A stretch of 32,000 nt of DNA, taken from positions 3,000,001 through 3,032,000 of the forward strand of contig NZ_LN885086.1 in the NCBI RefSeq assembly GCF_001458695.1, written 5' to 3'. The position numbers were made by a program, and so were the translations under genes. How positions within the stretch are numbered: position 1 is the stretch's first letter; every line of letters starts with the position of its first letter. Below, piece by piece: positions 16,347-25,550 of the stretch. Origin of the DNA: Candidatus Nitrospira inopinata. Its GTDB lineage: Bacteria; Nitrospirota; Nitrospiria; Nitrospirales; Nitrospiraceae. The notes beneath the pieces were generated by a model. The model had not been told where the DNA came from, ran no database searches, and saw nothing but the letters and a program-made list of their open reading frames with translations.

Positions 16347-16746
16347 TACCTCCGTTTGGATCCACGCGCTTCGTCCGACGGGGCATGCCGAGATCCAAGC
16401 TCGACTCAAGCCATTGATCATCAACGCGGAGACATCCGTCACCGAATGGATATTGCTTGAATTGCTGACAGGCTTGACCAAATCCGAACGACCCTCCAGC
16501 CTCCTCCAGTGGTTTACGCCGGTGCCCCTGCTTCAATTCCACCCGGATTGGTGGAATACAGCCTGGCAGTTTGCCGGTCGCCTTCGAAAACACGGAATTT
16601 CCCCTTCCGCAGCCGATTGTCTCATCGCCACCATCGCGATCGAGCACCATGTTACATTGATCCACTGTGATGCCGATTTCGAAGCCATGAAGCCGATCAT
16701 CCCGTTAGAAACACTCGATTGGACCAAGTATCTCCACATATCTTAA
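16333..16746 (+). CDS. vapC: PIN-domain ribonuclease toxin VapC
   Basis: The ORF-track entry 16261..16746 is over-extended. ATG 16333 gives MYLVDTSVWIHAL... (first acidic residue in LVDTS), then ...WILLELL... and ...ADCLIATIAIEHHVTLIHCDADF (C-terminal acidic residues). Confidence 0.85.
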   Translation: MYLVDTSVWIHALRPTGHAEIQARLKPLIINAETSVTEWILLELLTGLTKSERPSSLLQWFTPVPLLQFHPDWWNTAWQFAGRLRKHGISPSAADCLIATIAIEHHVTLIHCDADFEAMKPIIPLETLDWTKYLHIS

Positions 16747-16798
16747 CTTGCTCTCATATCCAAACAGAGTTTTGCCACGGACAAGAGCTTCAGGCCTC

Positions 16799-17344
16799 TC
16801 ATTCGAACCGTTCCGCCCGATCGAACGTGACACCCTGACGGTCCTTTGAGGACAAAATTGGCACTCCCTCCAGCGGCCATGTGATCCCGACCGTCGGATC
16901 GTTCCAGATGAGACACCGCTCGTGCTCCGGCGCGTAATAGTCGGTCGTCTTGTACAAACATTCGGCGACCTCCGACAGGACGACAAAGCCATGGGCAAAG
17001 CCCTCTGGAATCCAGAGTTGCCGTTTGTTCTCGGCTGACAGGATCTCACCGACCCACTGTCCAAATGTCGGCGACGAGCGGCGTAGATCAACCGCCACGT
17101 CGAAGACGGCTCCCACCACGATGCGCACCAACTTCCCCTGCGGTTGCCGAATCTGATAATGCAACCCCCGCAAGACCCCCTTAACCGATCGGGAGTGGTT
17201 GTCTTGGACAAAGGCGATGGGTTTGCCGATCGCCGCCTCGAACCGGGCTTGGTTGAAACTTTCGAAGAAAAACCCCCGGTTATCTCCGAAGACCCGGGGT
17301 TCAAGCAAGACGACGTCGGGGATGGCAAGCGGCGTGGCCCGCAT
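16799..17344 (-). CDS. rfbC: dTDP-4-dehydrorhamnose 3,5-epimerase
   Basis: 181 aa. RGFFFESFN, GVLRGLHYQ, KLVRIVVGAVFDVAVDLR and IPEGFAHGF are canonical RmlC motifs. There is a 1-nt TGATG overlap with rfbA. Confidence 0.95.
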   Translation of the reverse strand: MRATPLAIPDVVLLEPRVFGDNRGFFFESFNQARFEAAIGKPIAFVQDNHSRSVKGVLRGLHYQIRQPQGKLVRIVVGAVFDVAVDLRRSSPTFGQWVGEILSAENKRQLWIPEGFAHGFVVLSEVAECLYKTTDYYAPEHERCLIWNDPTVGITWPLEGVPILSSKDRQGVTFDRAERFE

Positions 17345-18255
17345 CAGAACACGTTTTCTTTGATGATCCGCAGCAGATATTTGCCGTAGCCGTTTTTGGC
17401 CAACGGTTGCGCCAGCCGTTCCACTTGAGCCGCATCGATCCAGCCCTGCCGATAGGCGATCTCTTCGGGACAGGCCACCTTGAGCCCTTGGCGATGTTCC
17501 AGCGTGGCGATGAACTGACCGGCATCCAGCAACGACTCATGGGTGCCGGTATCAAGCCACGCATAGCCTCGCCCCATGACCTCCACATGCAGCAGCCCCT
17601 CTTGCAAATACAGCCGATTCAGATCCGTAATCTCCAGCTCGCCTCGGGCCGACGGTTTGAGGCTCTTGGCATACTCGACCACCCGTCGATCATAAAAATA
17701 GAGACCGGTCACGGCATAGTTCGATTTGGGCTTCGCGGGTTTTTCCTCCAATGACCGAACCCTGCCTTGCCCATCGAATTCGGCCACGCCGTACCGCTCA
17801 GGATCGTGAACATGATAGGCAAAGATCGTGGCTCCGTCGGTGCGGGCCATCGCGCTGTTCAGCAAGCGTTGAAAATCATGGCCGTAGAAAATGTTATCCC
17901 CCAGCACCAAGGCCGACACATCGTCACCGATGAAGGATTCGCCGATCAGAAAAGCCTGCGCCAACCCGTCCGGCGACGGCTGAACGGCATAGTGGATCCG
18001 CGCCCCCCATTGTTCCCCTTTGCCAAGAAGCTGCTCGAACCGCGGAGTATCTTGCGGCGTGGAAATGACGAGGATATCCCTGATCCCCGCCAACATGAGG
18101 GTGCTGAGGGGGTAGTAGATCATCGGCTTGTCGAACACCGGGAGCAACTGTTTGCTGATCGACAGGGTCGCCGGATGCAGTCGCGTGCCGGCCCCTCCGG
18201 CCAGGATGATGCCTTTTCTTTTAACCGTCTGACCGGATCGAGAATCTTGACTCAT
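17344..18255 (-). CDS. rfbA: Glucose-1-phosphate thymidylyltransferase
   Basis: [53 protein letters not shown] is the canonical RmlA N-terminus. A GAGGAGGAG SD lies upstream. Confidence 0.95.
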   Translation of the reverse strand: MSQDSRSGQTVKRKGIILAGGAGTRLHPATLSISKQLLPVFDKPMIYYPLSTLMLAGIRDILVISTPQDTPRFEQLLGKGEQWGARIHYAVQPSPDGLAQAFLIGESFIGDDVSALVLGDNIFYGHDFQRLLNSAMARTDGATIFAYHVHDPERYGVAEFDGQGRVRSLEEKPAKPKSNYAVTGLYFYDRRVVEYAKSLKPSARGELEITDLNRLYLQEGLLHVEVMGRGYAWLDTGTHESLLDAGQFIATLEHRQGLKVACPEEIAYRQGWIDAAQVERLAQPLAKNGYGKYLLRIIKENVF

Positions 18256-18280
18256 GCCCGGCTCCTCCTCTTCGGCCGTT

Positions 18281-18311
18281 TCCAGGCCGCCGACTTTCCA
18301 GCCGCCGACTT
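18281..18311. repeat. Imperfect tandem repeat TCCAG(G)CCGCCGACTT x2 in the rfbB-rfbA spacer
   Basis: Read directly. Copy 2 overlaps the rfbB stop codon. Confidence 0.8.
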
Positions 18312-19368
18312 ATTGCGTGTAGTGCTGCTCGATCCAGCGGCGGTAGTCTCCGCTCGTCACGTTCCGCACCCACGTGTCATGATCCAAATACCAACGGACG
18401 GTTTTACGAATGCCGGTTTCAAACGTTTCGGCCGGCTTCCAGCCGAGTTCTCGCTCGATCTTTGTTGCGTCGATGGCGTACCGCCGGTCATGACCGGGCC
18501 GATCTTTGACGAAGGTCACCTGTGCCCGGTACGACCGCCCGTCGCTTCGAGGGCGCCATTCGTCCAAAATCCCGCAGATGGTATCCACCACGTCCAGATT
18601 ATGTTTTTCGCTCCATCCGCCGACATTGTACGTTTCTCCCGGCACACCGCTCTCCAGCACCCGACAGATCGCCCGACAATGGTCTTCCACGTACAGCCAA
18701 TCGCGCACCTGCCGGCCGTCGCCATAGATCGGCAACGGTTTGCCGGCCAACGCATTGTGAATCACGAGAGGAATCAGTTTTTCAGGAAACTGATAGGGCC
18801 CGTAGTTGTTGGAACAATTCGTCGTCAGCACCGGCAGGCCGTAGGTATGGTGATAGGCGCGCACGAGATGATCGCCGGCCGCCTTACTGGCCGAATAGGG
18901 GCTGTTGGGCCGATAGGGATTCGTTTCGCGAAACGCCGGCTCATGCGACTCAAGCGACCCATACACTTCATCCGTTGACACGTGAAGAAACCGAAACGAC
19001 ACTTGCGCCGTCGGATCGAGCTTCATCCAATAGGCTCGCACCGCTTCCAGCAGATGAAACGTCCCGACCACGTTCGTGCGGATGAAATCATCGGGTCCGT
19101 GAATCGATCGATCCACGTGACTCTCGGCGGCAAAGTTGACGACGGCGCGAGGCTGATGGCGATCGAGCAGCGAAGGGACCAACGCCGTATCGCCGATGTC
19201 GCCGCGAACGAACAGGTGTCGCTCGTCGCCGTTCAAGCCGGCCAGATTATCAAGATTGCCCGCGTAGGTAAGCTTATCGAGATTGACCACCGGTTCGCCG
19301 ACCTGTTCCAGCCAGTGCAGGACAAAATTCGATCCGATGAATCCGGCCCCGCCCGTCACTAATATCAT
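18310..19368 (-). CDS. rfbB: dTDP-glucose 4,6-dehydratase
   Basis: The ORF-track entry extends to 19515, but [15 protein letters not shown] begins at ATG 19368. HVSTDEVYG and [11 protein letters not shown] (YxxxK) are present. Confidence 0.95.
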   Translation of the reverse strand: MILVTGGAGFIGSNFVLHWLEQVGEPVVNLDKLTYAGNLDNLAGLNGDERHLFVRGDIGDTALVPSLLDRHQPRAVVNFAAESHVDRSIHGPDDFIRTNVVGTFHLLEAVRAYWMKLDPTAQVSFRFLHVSTDEVYGSLESHEPAFRETNPYRPNSPYSASKAAGDHLVRAYHHTYGLPVLTTNCSNNYGPYQFPEKLIPLVIHNALAGKPLPIYGDGRQVRDWLYVEDHCRAICRVLESGVPGETYNVGGWSEKHNLDVVDTICGILDEWRPRSDGRSYRAQVTFVKDRPGHDRRYAIDATKIERELGWKPAETFETGIRKTVRWYLDHDTWVRNVTSGDYRRWIEQHYTQ

Positions 19369-19460
19369 CTGCGGTTTCCCCTTCTCCGAGATCCGCACGG
19401 GTGCTTTTTCTTCCAATGTAAGCTTGCGTCCAAGAGCCCGAGCGGACGACGGAAATTCCT

Positions 19461-20417
19461 TCACCGGACGGACTCGCGGACAAGCGGTTCCGCGGCCACC
19501 TGCGCCCGATACCACTCGTACGTCCGCTCGATCCCTTCTCTCAACCCGATGCGCGGCCGCCAGCCCATCGCCAGCACCTTGGAGCTGTCCATTAGTTTCC
19601 TTGGCGTGCCGTCCGGCTTCGTCCGATCCCAGCGGATCTCCCCCCGATACCCCACGGCTTCCGCAACCAGCGTCGCCAGCTCGGCGATCGAAATGTCCCG
19701 CCCTGCCCCCACGTTCACGATCTCTTCACCGGAGTACCCGTCCATTAGAGACAAACAAGCTTCCGCGCAATCGTCGACGTGCAGGAACTCGCGGCGGGGC
19801 GTTCCGCTTCCCCAAAGGGTCGGGGCCACACCGCTCTGTTTCGCCTCATGAAACCGACGGATCAGCGCCGGCAAGACGTGGGCGCTCTCCAGATCGAAAT
19901 TGTCGTTTGGTCCGTACAGGTTGGTGGGCATAGCGGCAATGAAATCGCGGCCGTATTGCCGCCGGTAGGCCTGGCACATTTTGATGCCGGCGATCTTGGC
20001 CACGGCGTACCATTCATTGGTTTTCTCAAGCGGACCGGTCAGCAAATGCTCTTCCCGAATCGGCTGGGGGCTGTCACGAGGATAAATGCAGGACGACCCC
20101 AACAGAAGCAATTTCCTGACGCCGTGGAGGTGAGCCTGATGAATCAGATTGGTTTGAATCGCCAGATTGTCATAGATGAATTCCGCCGGGCGCGTGTTGT
20201 TGGCCCAGATGCCGCCGACCTTGGCCGCCGCGACGATCACGTAGTCCGGCTTGGCTTCCGTAAACCATTGGGCGACCAAACGGCCGTCGCGCAAGTCCAG
20301 CTCGTTGCTGGTTTTGACGAGCAGATTGGCGTAGCCGCGAGATTGCAACAGACGAAGCACCGCGGATCCCACCATCCCGCGATGACCGGCCACGTAGATG
20401 CGCGCTTCTTTCTCCAT
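19461..20417 (-). CDS. fcl: GDP-L-fucose synthase (GDP-4-keto-6-deoxymannose 3,5-epimerase/4-reductase)
   Basis: [30 protein letters not shown] and YAVAKIAG are canonical Fcl/WcaG motifs. Confidence 0.9.
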   Translation of the reverse strand: MEKEARIYVAGHRGMVGSAVLRLLQSRGYANLLVKTSNELDLRDGRLVAQWFTEAKPDYVIVAAAKVGGIWANNTRPAEFIYDNLAIQTNLIHQAHLHGVRKLLLLGSSCIYPRDSPQPIREEHLLTGPLEKTNEWYAVAKIAGIKMCQAYRRQYGRDFIAAMPTNLYGPNDNFDLESAHVLPALIRRFHEAKQSGVAPTLWGSGTPRREFLHVDDCAEACLSLMDGYSGEEIVNVGAGRDISIAELATLVAEAVGYRGEIRWDRTKPDGTPRKLMDSSKVLAMGWRPRIGLREGIERTYEWYRAQVAAEPLVRESVR

Positions 20418-20420
20418 CGC

Positions 20421-22111
<1,691 letters not shown>

Positions 22112-22187
22112 CCATGCACCTCTTTATCATAAATACACAGCAACGGAGTTGTGTTTTTCGCAATCTCCTCAACCCGATCAGGAATCC

Positions 22188-23324
22188 TTATGCATAAAAC
22201 GACGCGACGGCTTCCACTACCTCGGTTTGTTGGGCGGGCGTGAGTTCCGGATAAATGGGAATCGCGATGGTCTCCCGAGCGGCCCGCTCCGATTCGGGGA
22301 AGTCTCCTTCGCGATAGCCCAGGTACCCGAAACATTCTTGGAGGTGAAAGGGAACCGGATAGTAGATTTCGGCTCCGATCTCGTTTTGTTTCAGATGCGC
22401 CATCAGCTCGTCGCGCCGCTCGACCCGCAGCACGAACTGGTTGTAAATGTGGTGATGCTTCGCGCCGGACTCGCGATACACGGCTTCGGGCAGCCGGACG
22501 ACTCCCCGCCGCACCAAGCCGCTCTGCTGAAACAACGAGCGATACCGCTCCGCATTGTCCTGCCGGCGCTTCGTCCATCCATCAAGATAATTCAATTTGA
22601 CGTTCAACACCGCGGCCTGAATCGTGTCGAGCCGAAAATTGCCTCCGATCAACTTGTGGTAGTACTTCGGGTGGCTCCCGTGAACGCGCAGAATTTTCAG
22701 GCGATCCGCCAGGTCGCGGTCGTTTGTGACGACCATTCCGCCATCCCCCAAGCACCCCAAGTTCTTGCTGGGGAAAAACGAGAGGCAGCCGACCGTCCCC
22801 ATGCTGCAGGCCCGCCGGCCGTCCCGATACTCCGATCCGATGGCCTGGGCGGCGTCTTCCACGACGGAAAAACCGTGACGCCGCGCGATCTCCAGAATCG
22901 GCGCCATCTCGGCGCACTGGCCGTACAGATGCACGGGGATGATCGCTTTGGTCTTCGGCGTCACCGCGGCTTCGATCTTCGACGGGTCGATGTTGAAGCT
23001 CACGGGATCGATGTCGACGAACACGGGCTTGGCGCGAAGCCGGGCGACGACGCCGGCCGTCGCAAAAAACGAATAGCAGGGGGTGATGACTTCGTCGCCC
23101 GGACCGACTCCCAGCGCCATGAGCGACAGCAACAACGCATCGGTTCCCGACGTCACGCCGATGCCATGCTGGGCTTGACAGTACGCGGCCACCCGCTCTT
23201 CCAACTTGCCGACGTCCGGCCCAAGGATGAACTGGTTGCTCGTGAAGGTCTGCCGCAACGCGCTCAAGATCTCCTCGCGAATCGGCTCGTGATGCGTCTT
23301 CAGATCAAGTAAGGGGACCGCCAT
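22188..23324 (-). CDS. DegT/DnrJ/EryC1-family PLP-dependent nucleotide-sugar 4-aminotransferase
   Basis: ATG 23324 (MAVPLLDLK...) has AAGGAGTG 5 nt upstream. The catalytic lysine context is LSFFPSKNLGCLGDGG, and HLYGQCAEM is present. Confidence 0.9.
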   Translation of the reverse strand: MAVPLLDLKTHHEPIREEILSALRQTFTSNQFILGPDVGKLEERVAAYCQAQHGIGVTSGTDALLLSLMALGVGPGDEVITPCYSFFATAGVVARLRAKPVFVDIDPVSFNIDPSKIEAAVTPKTKAIIPVHLYGQCAEMAPILEIARRHGFSVVEDAAQAIGSEYRDGRRACSMGTVGCLSFFPSKNLGCLGDGGMVVTNDRDLADRLKILRVHGSHPKYYHKLIGGNFRLDTIQAAVLNVKLNYLDGWTKRRQDNAERYRSLFQQSGLVRRGVVRLPEAVYRESGAKHHHIYNQFVLRVERRDELMAHLKQNEIGAEIYYPVPFHLQECFGYLGYREGDFPESERAARETIAIPIYPELTPAQQTEVVEAVASFYA

Positions 23325-23913
23325 GTTCACTCCTTGTTTCAAATGAACTGCTCACCGGCTCCACGTCTCTCACGTCGATTTCCACCGCCGCCGCCTGCTG
23401 AATCAACCGGATTCCCACCACCAAACGATGGCGTTTCTCCTTGCGCAGCAACACCCCGCGCACCCCCCGCAACGGACCTCGAACCACTTCCACCACCATC
23501 CCCTCGTGCAAATAGGGATGGGGATCGTACGGCAGCACGCTCGACATCAACGTTTTGAGGTTTTCGATTTCGCCGTCGGGGATCGGTTCCGGGCGTCCGC
23601 CGCTCCCCACGATCTCCACCACACCGGCGACCTTCTGCACCGACGACTTCGTCCCTTTCCCGAACCGCACGAAGCAATAGCCGGAAAACAGCGGAACATC
23701 GATCTCCTTCTTGCGATCTTTCCACTGGCTCAAGCGCCGAACCGTTGGGAGAAGCTGCTCGATGCCCTGCCTGTCCAATTGATCCCGCACCACTTTCTCA
23801 TGGCGCGATTTTGTGCGTAGGGCGTACCAAGAAGCGGACTGGTCGGCTTGATCCGTTCGGGCTTGATCCGTTCGATTGATGGGATTCATCTCAACCGCCG
23901 TTTCAACAGTCAT
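23305..23913 (-). CDS. Specialised NusG paralog (RfaH/UpxY-like antiterminator): NGN plus KOW domains
   Basis: NGN: WYALRTKSRHEKVVRDQLDRQGIEQLLPT...VPLFSGYCFVRF. KOW: GMVVEVVRGPLRGVRGVLL. The start is uncertain: ATG 23913 or ATG 23889. The TTG at 24024 shown in the ORF track overlaps the HEPN stop and adds an implausible 37-aa basic leader. Confidence 0.8.
   Translation of the reverse strand: MTVETAVEMNPINRTDQARTDQADQSASWYALRTKSRHEKVVRDQLDRQGIEQLLPTVRRLSQWKDRKKEIDVPLFSGYCFVRFGKGTKSSVQKVAGVVEIVGSGGRPEPIPDGEIENLKTLMSSVLPYDPHPYLHEGMVVEVVRGPLRGVRGVLLRKEKRHRLVVGIRLIQQAAAVEIDVRDVEPVSSSFETRSEHGGPLT
23845..23874. repeat. Perfect tandem duplication, 2 x 15 nt (ggcttgatccgttcg)
   Basis: Read directly. 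In the NusG-paralog frame it encodes RTDQA-RTDQA, just before the NGN domain. Confidence 0.9.
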
Positions 23914-24020
23914 TGACTTGCGGCTCCGCGGGCGCGGCTTCGCCCTCTCACTTACAGTTCCCTCCTTCGGCCACTGCAAGCGCCCCCCTGCTCCTCGTCC
24001 GGCGACACACTCGGCGTCCC

Positions 24021-24419
24021 TCAAGACGCAAGGCCGGCTATGTATCGATCAACGGCCGCCACGAACTCGTCCGCCTCCCGGACGGCGCGACGCGCGGTTT
24101 CTTCGTCCAAGTAGGACAAGGCGTCGTAGTCGCCGGTTTCGCGATCGTCTTTCAGGTTGCTCAACAGCTTTCCCCACCGTTTGTCCAGCTTGCCGGTTTT
24201 CACCAGCAACAGGCCGAACAGGGTCACGACGCCCTTGTGGGTGTCCGCGCGTTGTCCTTCCGTCAAGAGAGCCGCCTGCGCCGCGTGGTAGGCGGCATAG
24301 TAGGCGCGGGAAATCGCGTCGTCCCACTCTCCCTTGGCGTACAGGTCGCGGGCCACCCGCGCCTTCTCGCGCGCCTTGGCCAGATAGCCGCGGATGAGTT
24401 CCTGCTGCGCCCTATCCAA
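24021..24419 (-). CDS. HEPN-domain protein (toxin of a HEPN/MNT pair)
   Basis: 132 aa, all-helical. AISRAYYAAYHAAQAALL...RADTHKGVVTLFG is the HEPN catalytic-region pattern. It overlaps the MNT gene by 8 nt. Confidence 0.8.
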   Translation of the reverse strand: MDRAQQELIRGYLAKAREKARVARDLYAKGEWDDAISRAYYAAYHAAQAALLTEGQRADTHKGVVTLFGLLLVKTGKLDKRWGKLLSNLKDDRETGDYDALSYLDEETARRAVREADEFVAAVDRYIAGLAS

Positions 24420-24741
24420 TGAGCACTCCTTCCCGGTTCACGTGCTCCATGAAGGGACTCCGCAACGATTGCAATCTGGAAAATTCCCGTTCCGGAAACA
24501 CCTTCAACGACACCAACCGCCCGTGCTCCAACAGGACGTCCATCACCGCGTCATAGAGGACATCGAGCAACGCGTCATCTTTCCGAGAGACGACAAGGAG
24601 CACATCATAATCCGAGTCGGATCGATGGGTTCCCCTAGCGCGCGAACCGAACAGGACGATCCGTTTGATCAACGGACGGACTGAAGCGATTCGTTCCAAA
24701 AACGCACGGAGGATGGGATCCGACTCAATCGATGGAGTCAC
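24412..24741 (-). CDS. Minimal nucleotidyltransferase (MNT antitoxin)
   Basis: RIVLFGSRARGTHRSDSDYDVLLVV is the GS-x10-DxD signature. GTG start at 24741, 4 nt after the regulator stop. Confidence 0.85.
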   Translation of the reverse strand: MTPSIESDPILRAFLERIASVRPLIKRIVLFGSRARGTHRSDSDYDVLLVVSRKDDALLDVLYDAVMDVLLEHGRLVSLKVFPEREFSRLQSLRSPFMEHVNREGVLIG

Positions 24742-24745
24742 AGGT

Positions 24746-25402
24746 CTATCCGGTCTGTCTTTGTCGTTCTTGTGTTTCTTCGGCGCGTTTCACGTCGCAA
24801 GAGGCGGATGCGCCGTCGGCGGCGAGGCCGATGCTGAAAATCTTCTCCTTCGGAATCCCCTGCCGCACCAGCCGGGCCAGGATTTGCGGGCCATGCTCCA
24901 AATCGGCGATCAACAGCCCGTCGAATTCCCATTCGCTCAGCGACGCGATCGGCCGGACCGGATACGACAAAAAGGTTCCCGCGGACCGATCGTCCACGAA
25001 GCCCACGAGGGTGAGTTCAAGTTCCCGCAGCGTCAGATACGCCAGTTCGGCCAGTTCGCCGGTCCCGCAGACCGCCAGTCTTTTCGCCCCCGATCGAACC
25101 GGCTTTTCCAATGTTGCCTTCAGACGACGTCGCGTGTCGCGGTAGTACGAGAGGGAATACTTCACGTATTCGCTCGTCAGCCGAGACTTCTCGGCAAACC
25201 CCTGCGGCGTGAGCAGATAGCGAACGCGGTGCGGAGGAATCGTGGTGATCTTGATGTAGCCTTTTCTCGCCAGCCGTTTGAGACAGAGATTCGTGAGCCC
25301 CAAAGCCACGCCCAGCTTGGTTGCAAGCGAGCGTTGGGTGATCGCTTCACCTCGCTCCAACTCGGTCAGCAGCAGAAGGTCTCGCTGGCCTTGAAGATCC
25401 AT
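24746..25402 (-). CDS. Winged-helix (MarR-like, EPS-associated type) transcriptional regulator fused to a Rossmann-like (CoA_binding_3 / Rex-like) domain
   Basis: wHTH: ITQRSLATKLGVALGLTNLCLKRLARKGYIKITT...RYLLTPQGFAEK. C-terminal domain: RLAVCGTGELAELAY..LVGFVDD......FDGLLIA. The ORF-track start at 25432 is TTG and lies inside an upstream repeat; ATG 25402 is preferred. Confidence 0.7.
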   Translation of the reverse strand: MDLQGQRDLLLLTELERGEAITQRSLATKLGVALGLTNLCLKRLARKGYIKITTIPPHRVRYLLTPQGFAEKSRLTSEYVKYSLSYYRDTRRRLKATLEKPVRSGAKRLAVCGTGELAELAYLTLRELELTLVGFVDDRSAGTFLSYPVRPIASLSEWEFDGLLIADLEHGPQILARLVRQGIPKEKIFSIGLAADGASASCDVKRAEETQERQRQTG

Positions 25403-25426
25403 GCCTCTCAATCGTAACCGCTCAAT

Positions 25427-25461
25427 CCTCAAAGCGCCCTCAAAGCGTTCATGATATGAAC
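25427..25461. promoter_or_regulatory. Operator-like cluster: tandem decamer CCTCAAAGCG (x2, 1-nt spacer) abutting the palindrome GTTCATGATATGAAC
   Basis: Read directly. The decamers lie at 25427-25436 and 25438-25447. The palindrome GTTCAT-N3-ATGAAC lies at 25447-25461. The cluster sits 25-60 nt upstream of the regulator ATG, in the 118-bp gap after the GT9 gene. Confidence 0.35.
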
Positions 25462-25550
25462 ACAGGACGAGATATCAGTCAAGCAAAAACACCGTGATGC
25501 GCTGAACTACGTACGGTTGCATTCTGATACAAAACAAGGGAGCGTTATTT

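Noticed and set aside
17767-18978. 403-aa plus-strand ORF
   Set aside because: It lies fully antisense to rfbA and rfbB, which have unmistakable motifs. Its R/P/G-rich composition is typical of a shadow frame in high-GC DNA.
22135-22156. Possible hairpin (ACACAAC-TCC-GTTGcTGTGT, minus strand) followed by UAUUUAU, between the aminotransferase and cysC; a candidate terminator or attenuator
   Set aside because: The stem is only about 7 bp with a bulge and a 3-nt loop, and the U-tract is poor. A strong cysC SD follows immediately, so read-through is more likely.
22149-23312. 387-aa plus-strand ORF
   Set aside because: It is antisense to the DegT aminotransferase, which carries the SFFPSKNLG lysine motif and a strong SD. 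Shadow ORF.
23887-23899. ops-like sequence GGCGGTTGAGATG (minus strand) in front of the NusG paralog
   Set aside because: It matches the RfaH ops consensus GGCGGTAGnnTG at only about 8 of 12 positions. GGCGGT is expected by chance in this GC-rich DNA, and the sequence probably lies within the coding N-terminus.
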